From Tubiluchus corallicola (lineage: Eukaryota > Animalia > Priapulida): a stretch of 64,000 nucleotides of DNA. The notes under the pieces are model-generated. The model did not search any database. It saw nothing but the letters and a program-made list of their open reading frames with translations, and had not been told where the DNA came from. A program made the position numbers and the translations under genes. The stretch lies in the NCBI GenBank assembly GCA_030141605.1, contig JAQGDQ010000228.1:1-64000 (forward strand), given 5' to 3'. This document shows positions 28,199 to 43,300 of the stretch, one piece after another. Numbering within the stretch: the stretch's first letter is position 1; each line of letters starts with the position of its first letter.

Positions 28199-30621
28199 AT
28201 ATATGTAGGCATATATATAATACTTATTATATATACAGTCTATCGAAGGCGTTTCTCTTTTTAATAAGCATCGCTGTTTTATTTTTGTAAGTAATTTACT
28301 AATTTTCCTCTTTGTTGTTCCGTGGGATGCCTAAAATTAGACCTAAAGGCTAGACCTATATGGGAAAATTCCCTTACGCAAAAATTAGCCACGCGCTGAT
28401 TGTTTTTACATGGACGTACTGTAGCGAATCGTTGACTTAGATGTGTTGATACTGCTGATCATTCCATCATCCCACACGGACAGTTTTTACTTCTTTCTCA
28501 TTTCACATCCTCATCCCACTGGAATGGGATGAGGATGACTTGGTTTCGCCTGTTCTCACGCGATGTTGAAAGCTCCCCAGTCTCGTCTCGCTTCAGCTTC
28601 CCAAGTGAAGCCATCAGCTGTAGTAGTGTGTATATATTTAGAAATCTGGCTGGTGAAGATAATATAAACTGTTGTGTAATTTGTTTCATACTGTAGATCT
28701 GCGCAAGGTATAGTTACAACCAGTCTTCGTGTTTTAAATCTACTAAGAATGTACAACATGCTATAATATTTTCAGTGTCATACGGTTGTAATAAATAAAA
28801 AATTGGTAAATATACTCTTATACGTGCGTCATATTTTTGTACATACATACAAGTTGTTTATTGTAATTAACTACATACAGAAGTTTTGATTCAATATTCA
28901 CTACAAAAACATCAGTATTAAAATTGAGTTTTAGCTTTTCTATATGTAATAATTATAGGTTATTGCTGATAAAAGTGTGATACGTTTATAACAGAATGCA
29001 AGTTAAATAGGAAAATTTTAGGCTTTTCTAGTCAATTTGCTGAGGCCACTAGTGCCAAAAGTTCACAGCAGGATATGCATTCTGAACAGCGGAAATAGCT
29101 TTTCTGTGTCAAATAGATGTTACTATTCACTTTATTTTTAAACTGTTGCTGCTTAAATATGAAATTAATTTAACCAAATAATTTGTTTCACTATAATAAC
29201 TAATTTCTGTACCAGTCTATTCTAGACATGGAAAAAGACAAGCTAAGTCATCATGGATTCAGTTTCATTTTACGTAGAATCATTCAGATAAGTGCAGATA
29301 ATAAAAATAGGTCTGACTTGTAACGCGGTAATCATACGGGATTACGGAAAGTACAATAATTCCACCTTTTCTTATAATATGACTTAAAAAACGAGACATT
29401 TGCACTACATTTATTACTGTAACCTCGTCTTTTAGCTGTCCCTAGGTGGAGTCAAAAGCTGTTTCTTATGATGAATTACGTTCCTACTCGAGGGTCTTCT
29501 TAAAATGAGCAATCAACAACGAAAGTAACGATGCAAACTTGACATCACGTTTTTCTTCATTTTAAATGAGCAATCTACTGCTTGTTCACTACAAAAGGCG
29601 TACCATAATTACATTAAATTTATTTTTGCAAGTTTATTTAGATATTCCATTTCTATAGCATTTTACGTAATTGCGTTCCACTTATCAACTGTTGATGTTT
29701 TTCCGGTCATTGTGGTAAAACGATGGCGTTTACACGAATTAATTTTACGCTTTTGCCAAATTTATAAATTTTCTCACCAATGGTACCCACGTACTGGTAA
29801 AAATCACAACAGCAGCTGTAAACGATAGAGATCAAACAAATAATCGCTGAAAATGTTGATAAACTTCGTTCACTTAGTCATCTTATGTAGTACTGTAAAA
29901 ATGTAACTGAGCACTTTAACCGGCTTTACGTGCCAGTATTAAATAAAAGTGAAAAAAATCCGTTTATAATAGTCACTCATTAAAAAGTAGATTTTTTCCT
30001 AAACCATAGATTTAGTTAATATGTGTACCTATTGATAAAATTTATCTATATTATTAATAATTATTATAGCCTAGATATTTTATGCTCTTTGCATTACATA
30101 ATTTGAGCATTGTTGTCGGTTATAGTGTAAATGCTGGTAATGTTTATTGACATTTTATGAATAATCTCGGCTGTCTTGCAATGACAACATGTGATAAAAA
30201 GCTACCTGAAATAATTTACAATGAAATAAAATACATGTTGGCTGCATTAAAGCGACAAGCTTTAATATTTTTTTCTGAAGTAGCCTAAACGTTTTATAAG
30301 AACAGGCTAGAACTTTACAAAAAGGGCGTTTTCTCGTATTTACTGATTTAAAGTAAATTGTATCGCTTTAGGTGAGGAGACTACCTACCTACGCTAGGTA
30401 CACAGACTCGCCTTCGACTTGAAATAGTTGAACTTCACTGAAGCGTTTAAGTCTTGTACGTAACACTGGGCTTGTGAGGTCAAATAGCCTACTCAGTTGT
30501 GTTGAACTACTGTGGTAGCTGGTACACACTCTATGGACGCGAGCTTGTTTATATACGGCAAGAGGAAAACCAAACTGGATGACATAATTGAAGTTTGACG
30601 AAAGGAAATGCAGTAGCCGCT

Positions 30622-31333
30622 ATGGCCGGCTTTGTGTTATTCCTACTTGGATTACTAGTCACAGTGGGAGAAGGTCTCCGTTTTGACGGGACGGACGAGA
30701 CGTATGCCCGCTTTCCTAAATGGACCGCGTGCCATAATGCGTCGGTGAGTTTCGAGGTAAAAACTCGACAAAACGATGCTGTATTGTTGTACACCGACGA
30801 CGGTGGTATTTTCGATTACTTCCTGCTAACACTAAAGAATGGAAGAGTTCGGCTTGAATTTCATATTGGCTCCGAAGAAAAGAAGAGGATTGCCTCTATT
30901 CAGAGTAAGGAAGTAATCAACGATAACCGCTGGCATAAGATTGAGTTGAGGAGGAATAGTCTAGATACTCTGCTCATTGTTGATAGAAATGTTGTTACCA
31001 GCGAATTCCTCTCCACTAATTATTCCTTTGGAGCATACGAGTCAAACAGTGATGTCTTCATTGGTGGCGTTTCAGACAAAAAACGTCCTCTGGACCTCGC
31101 CCTACCATCTGTACTTTACTCGCCTCCAAGACTTCGAGGTGAAATCCGTAATGTGTTATTTTCCAACTGTTCTTGTGCTGATACCTACCGTCCCAGACTG
31201 ATCGATTCCAAGGGTGTGGATAAGTTTGCCCAGGAGGCTTGTGATAGAAAAGATCCTTGCAATGACGGATGTGTGTGTATATCCCAGGACACTGGAACCG
31301 CCTGTGATTGTCAGCCATTACAATGTCAGCCAG
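30622..31333 (+). CDS. First coding exon: signal peptide, alpha-neurexin-like LNS1 domain and EGF-like domain
   Basis: [18 protein letters not shown] then [35 protein letters not shown], closely paralleling the neurexin LNS1 motifs RFPKWNAC and LYFDDEG; [14 protein letters not shown]; SDVFIGG; [18 protein letters not shown]. Upstream acceptor tttag at 30367-30371; donor G|gtaag. Confidence 0.9.
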
Positions 31334-34300
31334 GTAAGACATAGGTACTAATTTTACGTTTCCTAAATTACATAGTACACATACTTGTGCGCGTTTGCTT
31401 TATGGGTAAAATTTTTTAAAATCCATTCAATTCTTGCCAGTTCATGTATGAATTAAGCCATGCAAAGATGAGATAAAGCACACCTGCAATAATTTGGGCA
31501 ACTATCAACCATGGGTTGATTAATTTCTGGATTCTCTTCAGCTTTTTTGTTCAATTTATGACTATGAGACTTGCTGTTCCGAGACTTCCTACTATTAGAC
31601 ACCGCCCAAAGACGTCGCCTTGTGCGCGATGCTGTTCCTAGGGTGAATCATTGCCAGAAAAAACCTCACATTTGTTGTGATGACAAGTATCTGCTTGGGG
31701 CTAATAATTGCATACTCAACAAGCACAAAAACGTTTTCCCAGATTTTGAAGGTGTGGTGTGTAGTCCATATACTCTAATCTCACCAGACAATCTTTTTGT
31801 AATAACACAGCTGGGGTCAAACGACATCACCCAGTTAAAAGGTGTTTATCAGTTAACTGATTCGATTGTCAGCTAGTTTTTCCGCACCACTGGCCTTATA
31901 TGTTAAAAAGATTAAATAAAGTGTAGATGTTGTGAATAATAATTTTGATGGGCTGCAAATTAATAATTACAGGACTTCCACACCTTTTTACACCAACCTG
32001 TTTGAGCGGGTTTACGAAATCTACTTTATCCGGTTATCCATGCCTGGAAACATCACAATCATTCGGTTTTTATTTTTTTTAAAGTTTTCACATGGTCAAC
32101 GCTGTAGCTTAGTCCTTGAGTATTAACACCTAGGAAAGCAGTATAGCTGTTTAGATGGGCCTTAGTTATAATTTTCATGATGGCGTCCAAGATGGCCGAC
32201 TGGGACTAAAATTAGTCGTGTTTCAGATTGTTATTCAACTTTGCTTTACAACGAAGTTTATTGATGACATTGCATTTCAAGCAATGACTGCGATATTTGG
32301 TGGGAAGTGCACAGACATAATTTGGGTATGGACCTTGTCACTTTGAGCATTGAACTTATTACCAACTAAAACAGCAACACCAAAATCACTTATTGGTTTT
32401 CCCGCTGCCATTTGGATTATAAAAAAAGTAATCATGCACTTAATGGTAATTCAACGGCTTCAAATAAATCACTATGTTCTTAAAACAAAAACCGGACAGA
32501 GAACCCTTTCAAACTTCGCCATTAGGACAGTAGTTTAAAACTCTGACCAACTCTCCCTCGTTGTTTCTGTTAATCTGTTTCTTGAACCTGAATTGGAATA
32601 GATACTGCATAAATCGAATACCAATTTAATGAAGGCGCTTTAAGTTGCTGGCGGCCATTTTCGGTGTCATGTAAGGAAAACAATTAGGATTATCTGTTAA
32701 TGATCTAATGATGAAAAGAATTAATCTAGTCATTTTCGCCAGACTTTTTGCGTCCAAAAGATAAGATCCTAGAATTTGACAGCAACTATTGTTCTTTTAT
32801 AGGTTGAACAGCAGTCATAATAACGTTGCCTATTTGTCTATCTAGTTGTATGTCTATCTAGGACGCCATCTTGAAAATGATCCTTTTTTCTAACTGGAGA
32901 GGAATTTGTTGGACTTTTGCAGACCTATAAACTTATTAACCTTAGTTCAATTTTATTTACATTCCAATTCAATTAGGTTGGAAAAACTTTTTGTAATATG
33001 TTTTTATCCTACTATATATCTTAAGAAGCATTAATCCCTTTAGTGCAGTAGACCAGCTCAAAGAAAAAGTAAAAGAAATGAAATATATTCTCGATTATCA
33101 TCAACTTAAGATGAACCCAGAAAAAACTATCTTCATGCTTTTAACACCAAGAGATACTACAAATATATTTTTCAATACATTAGAAATAACTTTAAATATT
33201 TTTGAAAAAATAATTTCTCAATCAACTACAACTCAATTTCTAGGCATGAATGTAGAGAAAAATGTTAACTGGGAAAACTGAATAAAAATTATTATTCAAA
33301 AAATGGGCCAAGGATCATCATTCTTGAAACAAATTAAAGGACAACTCAATATAAAAACAAAACTACTAACATATAACACCATGGTCCTGCCCACTTGTAT
33401 GGCTGCCACCTACTTTCAAATATATCTAAAACTTTTCTAAACAGGCTAGAAGTAGCCCAAAATTAGGCTTTAAAACACGTTCTTGGTTTCGCAACAAGAG
33501 CAAAATAGTCAGCCACAGCGAATGGGAAAGGCTAAAAATACCCACTGTAGAATCGAGTTTCCAATATCATTCACTAATTTTTCTTTATAAATATTTAAAC
33601 GATTCGATGCCAGCTTTCAGTGCCAATCAGCTTCCATTTACTATCGAAAAAAAACGTTAAACCACAGAACCAAAGAACACACAGCATAAAACAAATAAAC
33701 ACAAATAATAAATATGGACACAATTCTGTCTGCAAAGCGGCAATAAATACATGGAATGCGTGCCCATTTAATGGAAAATCTGCAGTGACTCTAAAAAAAT
33801 TCAAAAATGAACTGAAAAATACTGTACTAGTACTATACTTCAAAAAAAAAACACTAAAAGATCAAACAACACCTTATGTATTGTCAACATTCATCCAGTA
33901 GCAGCAGTCTGCAGTCAGTGGCAGAGCAAAACCTGCCGTGCATTTACAAATTAAACCCCACTACACACAAAAAACTCAACTCACCAATATGAAACATCAA
34001 TAAAGCACCCAATTTCAATTTCATATGTTTACTATTTTACAAAAAACTATTTTGTAAATATTGCAAATATATTAAATCTTCTGAAGTATGTGAAATGAAA
34101 TGTAAAGTTTTAAATTTATGTTTTTATGTAATTAATAACAACCTCACTGGTAATTTTTAATTGTAGATTCATTTTATTGTATAAGACTATTGCTCACAGC
34201 AGTGGAAACACTGATTATACTATCAATTTTTGAATGAGGAAGTTTACCGTTCAATGATGTGTAATTTTTATAGCAATAAAGAATTTTTTATTATTATTGC

Positions 34301-37300
34301 TATCTGCCAAACTGCAATTAGCATCTATAACAAACATTTAATATTTAGTAAACAAAAAATTCTACAGACATTTTTGGAATCCGTTTTAACTATAATGAGC
34401 ACTGCCAGTGCCACTCTACCTCCCATTGTTATCCTATGTATAGATAAAAACTTGTACGCTAAAAAGTGGGCTTACGGGGCTGTATCAAATTTTTTTTATT
34501 TTCTCCCCCCGTTAGTTTCCCGAACTATAAGTGGGGTGTTTTGCACTTGTTTCTGACAACACTGGTCAACTTTTGAGCACAACCAGGTACATAATAGTTT
34601 GTTTGATCAGTTGGCCAGCTGAAACACTACTTTACTGTAAGGCTTTAATCATTGTGAGCTGCACTGTTTACTCATCTTTCTAACCCATGTAGACATGTTC
34701 TGCAGCTGCGTTTTGCTGCACAAAAATTAATCACTTTTTCTATAACTTCTATTTTGATCATTTAAATGTATAACCAAGCAAGATTAAATTGGTATCCATC
34801 CATTAAGTTAACATCCATTAAGTTCTGTGATTTTTTATCTTTTATACTGAACTCTCATTATCCTATATATTATAATACGAGCCATGATGTACCACTTCGA
34901 CTTCCAGGCCTTAACCTAGCTTGCAAAGTTGACGCCCGTGATTACTAATGTACACAATAAACTGTGACTCATAGTAAATCTGACAGCTTAACAAATTACT
35001 AAGTCCTTAAACTCTTTATTACGACTGCAGTACAAAAATTCACAGAATTTCCTCTCACCCGAATCGGAATTAGGCCTTTAGGTATGAAAGATTACTCATT
35101 AGTCATCACGTTAAAGAAGGGTTAATAAAAATGTCATGCGTAGGCCTGTATGTGCCTAAATCATTATGATTTGTTAATGTAGTTTAATTAAACAAGTTTT
35201 GAGCTTATTAATTATGCATAGGTATAATTATTTATCTTCCTCTCGATACTGGGTACTACAACTGCTTATTTCTGATTAGGTGCTGAATAACAGTAATATG
35301 CAATTGACTATTAACTTTAAAGTGAAGAATTTGATTGTATAACTCAGTACATCACACAATCATTAATAACTGGTCGTTAAATGTGGTACAGCATTGAACA
35401 CATGAGTAAAAATGCAGTTCAATAACTTTTTCAAAAATGTACTTTTGCTAGACGAAATTGCAAAAACCTCCAATTTCCATTCCTATGTGAAGGCGAAATT
35501 AATGTACTTGCTAGGAGGAATTCCGTACAAGTCTGACACAATTTAGGTAACAGTGGTGTTACTTCTAACCCACAAAGTCCTTCAGAGAGTTTGAGAATGT
35601 ATCTTGTAGTTAAAACCGGTGTTAGAAAGGTACAGCCAGTGTTAGGCGTCTCGTACCCCCAGGGTCTGCTACAGACGGTTTGCACAAACAACTGTGGCTC
35701 AATACTCTATACGAATTTCTCATAATGCCAGCATTAATAAACAAAATACAATCACACACGGGAAATAAAAAAGAACAGAATAACAGAGTGCGTGTAGAAT
35801 CGAAGGCATTTCTTGGGAGTTGATTCCGATTGAACATGGATCGCGAATTCGATTCGATATCATATTTAAACGTGCTGAAGATTGATTAATGCTTTTAAAT
35901 AGAATTAAGATCGATTCATTTTAATTATACTTGAAGGTCTTGGTGTCGTACATAGTAACTCACAGCTATAGAAAACTGTCACACAGAAGCTATAATAGTA
36001 ATGAAACAAAAATAAGTAAACAGCGTACATTATTATCTATGGGTAGAGATTTTTCAAGTACTGGAAAGTGTGGAAAGCACCCAGTTTGAAAAAGTGGAAG
36101 TTTTTTCTAAAGTTAATAATTACTCCATGGATTAACCTAGAAAACATAAACTATGACTGATATAGTATATACGCGCATAATAATTACGTCTAACTAATTA
36201 CATTAAATGCTTTCTTCTGCATTTAGCAAAATGAAATGTCGAGCAAAGGTAATCGCAATTTATGTTTATGGGATATACGTCAAATTCGTCACTAACAAAT
36301 ATTAACAATGAACAATAATAAATATAATATAAAATTATTAACAAATATTATATAAGCACAAAATTTTATCATTGATCACAAGGGGCTGGTGGTATATTGG
36401 TCATGGCGTTTGATTTGATTCTTTCATTTAAATATTGAACAACAAAGTGTTCTATACAGAAGCTTATAATAAAAACTGAGTGAAACCGTGGCAAAAAAAT
36501 AATCTAAGTCTTACTATCTCATTAACATTCACAACAACTCATTGCTGTAAGTGTCCTTGCTATTAGTTTTGTTAGTTTAACGTTCACAACCAAAATTTTA
36601 ATAACGTTTTCGAAGAAATAAGTAAATGGTATAATTATCTAGCTAGATTGACAAAATATTCTTTGTATCTATATGGTATTGTTGATAAAGTCTTTTTCTG
36701 AATACATATAGTAAAGCAGGTATCTTTCCGTACAGTCGCTGCCTATGTTAGAATTGGAAAGCAAGCCGTTTCTTTACAGTGGTATAAAATTCTGGAATGC
36801 CTTAGGCGTTTTATCGATATTATGGTTTAACACTTTTAAATTTAAAAGCAATAAAGTTTCTGAATGTGGAAGTGGAACCAGAAAAACGTGCTTGATCCTT
36901 ATAACCTTTTTCTACAGAGCTTCAAAAATTAGCAGGGATAAAAATCTGTTTATTATTTCACGACTTTCTCTATTTCTGTTGTGAAGTCAAACGATTTTGT
37001 TCAATTTTCAACCATTTTTCATTCTGCAGTGTACGGCCCTGCCTTTCCACCAAAGAAAGTGATGTGCGCTGCCGTATATCTAAAGATTGTACTTTCATTA
37101 TTAAAGGTGGCCTAATAAACATAATAAAAGTTTAAATCAAATAAGCTGTTTTTATAAACTAGTTTTCGTGCTGTAAGCCGAGTGATGATTCCCTATTTGA
37201 GTCAAGCATTAAGCTAGATAAGTATGGCATTGTTTATACTCCAAATCAAACAGTTATTTACTCAAGCTATTGTTGTCATTTAAGCTTAACTCATCACCAC

Positions 37301-40300
37301 TGACTAACATTCATCGTCAAATGTTCCCGAAAGCCTAAAACAGTTGAGCTTCTTTAGAAACGATCTGCTGATTAGAGTATGCATTCATATGTAGAAGGAA
37401 ATTAAGTAGAACAATTGTAGTAATTAATGCATTAAGAAAATTCGTGATATCTTAAATTCTTAATTGTAGCTGCAAAAACAAAGGTAACTTGTTCGCGAAA
37501 TTATCAAATTATTGAGCATTTAACAGTTAGGTAAACTATTTCTATTAGGAAATTAGGTGTCACAGAGGCTGGTAAATTACTGGGTAATCTGCAAATAAAA
37601 TGTATGCGTATTTGCATTTGAAAAATCAGTTTATTTTAAATTGTCGTCGTTTTTTATTGCAAGCCACAGATTTTTATAGGACAGTATGTGTCAAAAGCAC
37701 TTGTATCTTACTAGCCTCTTTATGTGGTTTGTGGCTTGCTATACATGTGTAGTGAAACTAAGGATAATAACATCGTTATCGTGAGGCCCATTACTTTACT
37801 ACTATAAATCACTTCATTGATTCAGTATAGATACGCTATTAAAACTGTAAAAACTACATTTTTACTATAAACACATCTTTTTTACATTTAATGATGTGCA
37901 TTAGTAATTCGCGGTAACATTACTTAAAATGATGTGACTAACGAATTTTAAGTACACTACTAATCTTACGAAAATCTAGAGCAATACCACCTCCTGAGCA
38001 CAGTTCAAACATTTGGTGTCCTTGAAAACTGCGCATGCCAAAAATTGATTCAATAGCAGCCATTGTAAAACTTGTTGTTCCGTCTAAGAGTATACCCACT
38101 CACATTAAGATTACAGACAATCTGCAGACAATCTACAAATTTTAGCGTGCAGCGTTTTTTTAACGTATTGCCTGCTTGCCACCTTGCGGTTGCTGGTTCG
38201 CTACCAGTGAATTCTGTACTAACAAGTGTTAAAATCTCAATTTATCAGAGTGAAATCTGATTACGTATTGGCTGGGATTACACAGCAAGTAAAAATTTTT
38301 TTGAAGACTAAATCATTATACACACCAGTATAGTTGGTGGGTTATTCGAAAAATAGAACACAGATCATTTTAGACCCTCTAATTTTTTATATTTTCCACA
38401 AGAAAGAGTCATCATTTTTATTTAAACGAACAAAAGAACACGTTTTGATGCATCATTGCCCAGTTTGACGTGTTGGACTGATACGACTGCTCTTCATCGA
38501 CTAGCTTCCTTTTCGATTTCCTCCTTTTCTTTTCTTCACGCTGGTTCTTTGCATGATGCCTATAAATTCCGTACGAGGAACTGGTCTGGTTTTACAGACA
38601 TTTTGAATTGAGTACACAGTTTTAACTGCTCAGGCAGGCGCTATTCAAATGTTCTGAAGCTTAACTTGAATGAGTAGTGATTTTTGGTAAAGATAAGAAT
38701 TAATGATGTCCTGTGTGCTTTTGTGTGCACAATGTACAGGCCTAGCCCTAGGTTGAGTGTCTGCATCTTAAATTTATGTTATAACAAACGTTTAACCAAA
38801 TTTAAAACCAGCTTTCATTTACATTAACAAGGAGGTGAAATCATGCATAAAATTTATTAGTTACTTCCCTCTGCTTCTCTGCATAGTTGATCCTTTTTTA
38901 ATTGGATTATGACTGTGAATGCCAAAATGTTCGTAAACAGTTATATCACAACAGTTATTTGAACCGAGATCTGGGATTAAAGATGCTCCTCTTTTCGTTC
39001 TCCCGGTTCCGTTCATGCTGTTCCTTTTTCCAGTTCGTTCTCTATCACACAGTTGTTAAATTTTGCAAAATTACAATGTAAAGCAAAGGGATTTTTCTTG
39101 TTTTCTTAATCTCATGCACTGACGACCTTTCTATTTGGATGGGTAAACTTATTATTTAGATGTCTTTGTTATGACCTTCAAATTAACGAACTGATATAGA
39201 TAAGTGTTGATGATAAATAATTCGTGGCTGTAGATTTCTAAAACGTTTTGAACTTGGTTCTTCGTATAGGGTGAAAAACGTCGGATTTTAATAAATCGTT
39301 TGAACACTCACTGAACACGTGTCCGTCCGTCCATTTACTTTTTATCGACTTGGCAAACAAGAAGCAACGGATGTACATATTATTGTGGAAATGTATGTGT
39401 GCTGTGTTGAATGACTTTTTTAAAGTTTTCTGTACGAGAATTGTTATGTTTTGAACACGGATCGAGGTGCTGGTCAAAATTTTAATATCAGACATTAAAC
39501 CTGTATTTGAGGTCATAGAATTATCTTGGATTTTGGATTAGACAAACCATATTTACGAAATTAAAATAACACCGGCATTATAAAGCTTCCTTTTTTGTCA
39601 GTAGGTGCCTCTGTTATGCAAAGCGTATTGTTAACGCTACAGTTTACATCACTGGTGGTGTCATTTAATAAAATTATAATTGAACTGCTAGAAGCTAACG
39701 TACCTTTGGCGCTTTAAATCTTGTTGATTTATAATATTGAAATGAAATCAGTGTTTTGAGCTTTATTCGTTTTGTTGATTTGTAATATTTTATGTACTTT
39801 GTTAATATAGTCGGTGATGGGAGAAAAAGAAATAGCTAGGCAGTCACTATGTGTGATTGGCTACAAGTTAAAACTACGTGGTCACTGAAATTTGAAGCAT
39901 TTGAAATTATAGTTCATTTCGTACAAAACGGATTCCTTCTTAAATGTTCTTGTGCTACAAGTATTTAAGTGCATAAAAAGTGTTCACATTATGTACAAAG
40001 TTTCACGAGAAATGAAGAAAAATCCTGAAAACAAGTATCACTTATTTTTTTACTTTTTGGACGACTACGTTGTATATTTTGCAGTGACAATAATTTTTGG
40101 ATAGCGATGAACAGGCTTTAGGTCACGCATGTTCTCATACAAGTGCGTAGGTTTATCCGCGCCCGCAAGTAGTACAATTATTATTAGACCCCTAGAAATG
40201 AAGCCAATTTCTTAACTGTCGTTTTATCTTGGCTGCAGCACATACGTTGCTATAATTACATGATGAGGTGTGTAAAACAGTCATGGGAGATTTTTTTAAG

Positions 40301-43300
40301 GTACGCCGTGGCTTTATCTAAGTTTATCTAACGTTGTTTTGCCTCATGAGTCTTTTGGCACCTCGTTTTTCAGTTCGTCAATAACCTTCTCGCAGTTATC
40401 ACTCATCAATACGATTTTGGAACTTGTTGCATCTGAATATCTATTTATGTTTATTAGCTCAATTTTTACTTTCCCAAGCTTTCACACGTAAATGAAACAG
40501 TAATTTTATTAGATAAATGGTTAGCTTGCAGTGGCGGTTGTACAAAACGAGGCGAAGTCCCGGACTTTTTTTTACAACAAATACATCCTAGTACCCATTG
40601 ACACACATGTATGTAGTATGATTTGCGTCGAGTTACGTTAAATGCATACAAGATGGTACTCAGATAAAATTTGTTTCATCTTTTGAGCGCCAGACAGTTT
40701 TTAGGCTTTACAATTATTCGTTCGTGCAAGGAAGTATTTCAACGCGTGACATCTGCACTTTTTAGTGGGAACAAACACTATTAGGAATTTATTTAGCTAT
40801 AGAAGACCACAAGACGCACTTGAAAGTCTACAGAAACCCAATACTCAGCCCAGTTATATACAGGACAGCATATCCATAAATAGACTCAAGCTAAAAGTGG
40901 CCTTCCGATGCTGGCGTGTAAAGCTGGGAAGCCATGCTGTTCAATAAATATATAGCTTTGCGTGCGAGAATTCCACCCAACTTGAGCGAGACTTCGCTAG
41001 GATTAAAATCCAAAAACTTTTAAAATGCTGTAACGTTGAACTTTTGAACTGTTGATTGCTTCTTTGACTGCCCGGACGAGACTAAATTCCACTGAATTTT
41101 TCATTCATTTTGCCGCGCCATAGTTAACCCTCAAAATACACAATATTTCGGTTTTCCAAGTGCCAAGTAGGTGCAGAAATTTGGAAATGTCTAATGTTAC
41201 GTACTGTGTAGCATGGGGCGATGTGTTTCGGGTCACAGTTACAACAGTCGTAGGCCTTTCTGATATGCCTATATCACTATAACGTGTAACGTACGTGGGA
41301 GTAGGATCGACTGACTTGCAGTCTCGCACACACCCCAGATCAAAATAATGCTGCCACTCTTAATGACTGGATAATTATCTTGAAAATACACATTTTATAC
41401 TGTTATAATTTTAATTTAAACATTAATGTTAGTAAGTTAATGCTAGCATTATTATTTTTATCTGCGCTGCGTGCGAGACTGCGAGTCTGTCGTCCCTTCA
41501 AGTATTGAATTCCTTACCTGTAAATGATGTAAGCTCAGTGTAAATGATGCACCTTTGGTCTCTACAGGCAATTCCAAACTTTTGAAAAATAGATTGAAGT
41601 TTTTGAATTTTGGCTTCTGTACGATAGGTGGTGTAGCGTATGTAAGCAGCTTGTCTCTTTACGTCTATCCCCACATTCATGTTCGTATTGTTTTATAGCT
41701 CATTTTTTAATGTATATTTTAATGAATGTCAAACAACGTAAATAAATCAAATAAATCAATATTACCACATACGTTACCCATTATAGTCGTTAAAGAGTTA
41801 ACAGCTCATATTGTACATGTAAATGATCGATTTTAAATAAATTTTATCTTGTCTTATCTTAGTAAGTTTTTATAATTAACCATAGCCGAAAGAAAAGATG
41901 TCAGAGATTTCAGACTATCTTTAAATGAGCCTCATTTTGAAGCTTATATTGATATGTATTGAATCCATATTGATTACAAGCTCAATGTCTGCTTGTACCG
42001 TTGTACTTCATTGTCAAAATGGTGTTAAATCAATCCTAATTGCTCACTAAAACGGGTCAAGTGTTCATTTACTGACGTTGAACTAAACTAGGTGAATTTT
42101 GAATTAGATTAACTCGATCGTTAATTTCGAATTTAGATTAAATTAAGCCAGAAGTCTTTGTAGATTATCGTATAGTTCTATTGCCAATGTAATATTAATT
42201 TCACGATTATCAGTTAGTGTGGAATGAACACCTCAGTTATCATAACAGTAAATATCTGGACCCAGATTTGGCTTAAAAGCTCGGAATTGAACCAGAGAAC
42301 GATGGAATTCAAGGCTATAGCAAAATCATTAGCATTGACAACGCAGTCTGTAATTGTGATACTACGAAGCAAAAAGCTACTGTGACTCGATGTATAACAA
42401 GAGATCAGGTGGTGAATGGTGTACATATTATGGTCCTCTGCATTGTGATTTGATTAAGACATTTAAAGCTCACCACAGTGCTTCATGACTGTTCTCAGCA
42501 AAAATAGTGGTATACATGAAAAAAAGTCAGTCGCGCTCACAATTATTGCTAAACTTTGAACATGTCCAAAAAGAAGGTAGTAAGGAAATGTAAAGGTTTG
42601 AATCAAGATTACAACACTTGGAAATGCTGCCATAGACACTGGAGCTGAATAGTTTAGTGGTCATAACGTTAATTGAATTAGTAATCCAAAGGCCATAGCT
42701 GGTTCAGATTCTTCTGGCTCAATCTTGACTTTATGACATTAAATTTCCTTCCTTTCAGACATGTTTCAGAATGTAATAGTTGATGGTATTCTATCGACCA
42801 GCATTAGTTTTGAGATGTTGCGACATGCAGTGTTACATATTTGCTTGGATACTGAAGGATTGAAATTAAAAGAAGATTTTCTACACATTTTATACACCAC
42901 GGCAGTGGTTCAGTTCCACTATATCTGATACCTAACATCTGAAAATTATATTATATTCTCTTGGCAGTAATTTAGCCTACTACGGAAGCGTCAGTATAGT
43001 TACGGAAAAGACACAAGACCTAATTATGGTTCTTACTTATATTCAGTAAGCTCAATACTCAATATATTCGGTACTCTTCAGTGTATTTAGAGCAATTAAC
43101 TAATAATGATGATGATGATGATGATGATAATAATAATAATAATAATAATAACAATAATAATATTAATAATAATAAGAAGAAGAAGACGAAGAAGAAGAAA
43201 AGAAGAAGAAGAACAACAACAACAACTAAAATATACGTTATACTTTATACAACAACAACAATAATAATGTATCATCATCGGTATAAATTTCCTTGATAAA

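Noticed and set aside
36720-36810. LINE 3' remnant ([12 protein letters not shown]), and a similar trace at 32350-32538
   Set aside because: Too short and degenerate to delimit or classify with confidence.
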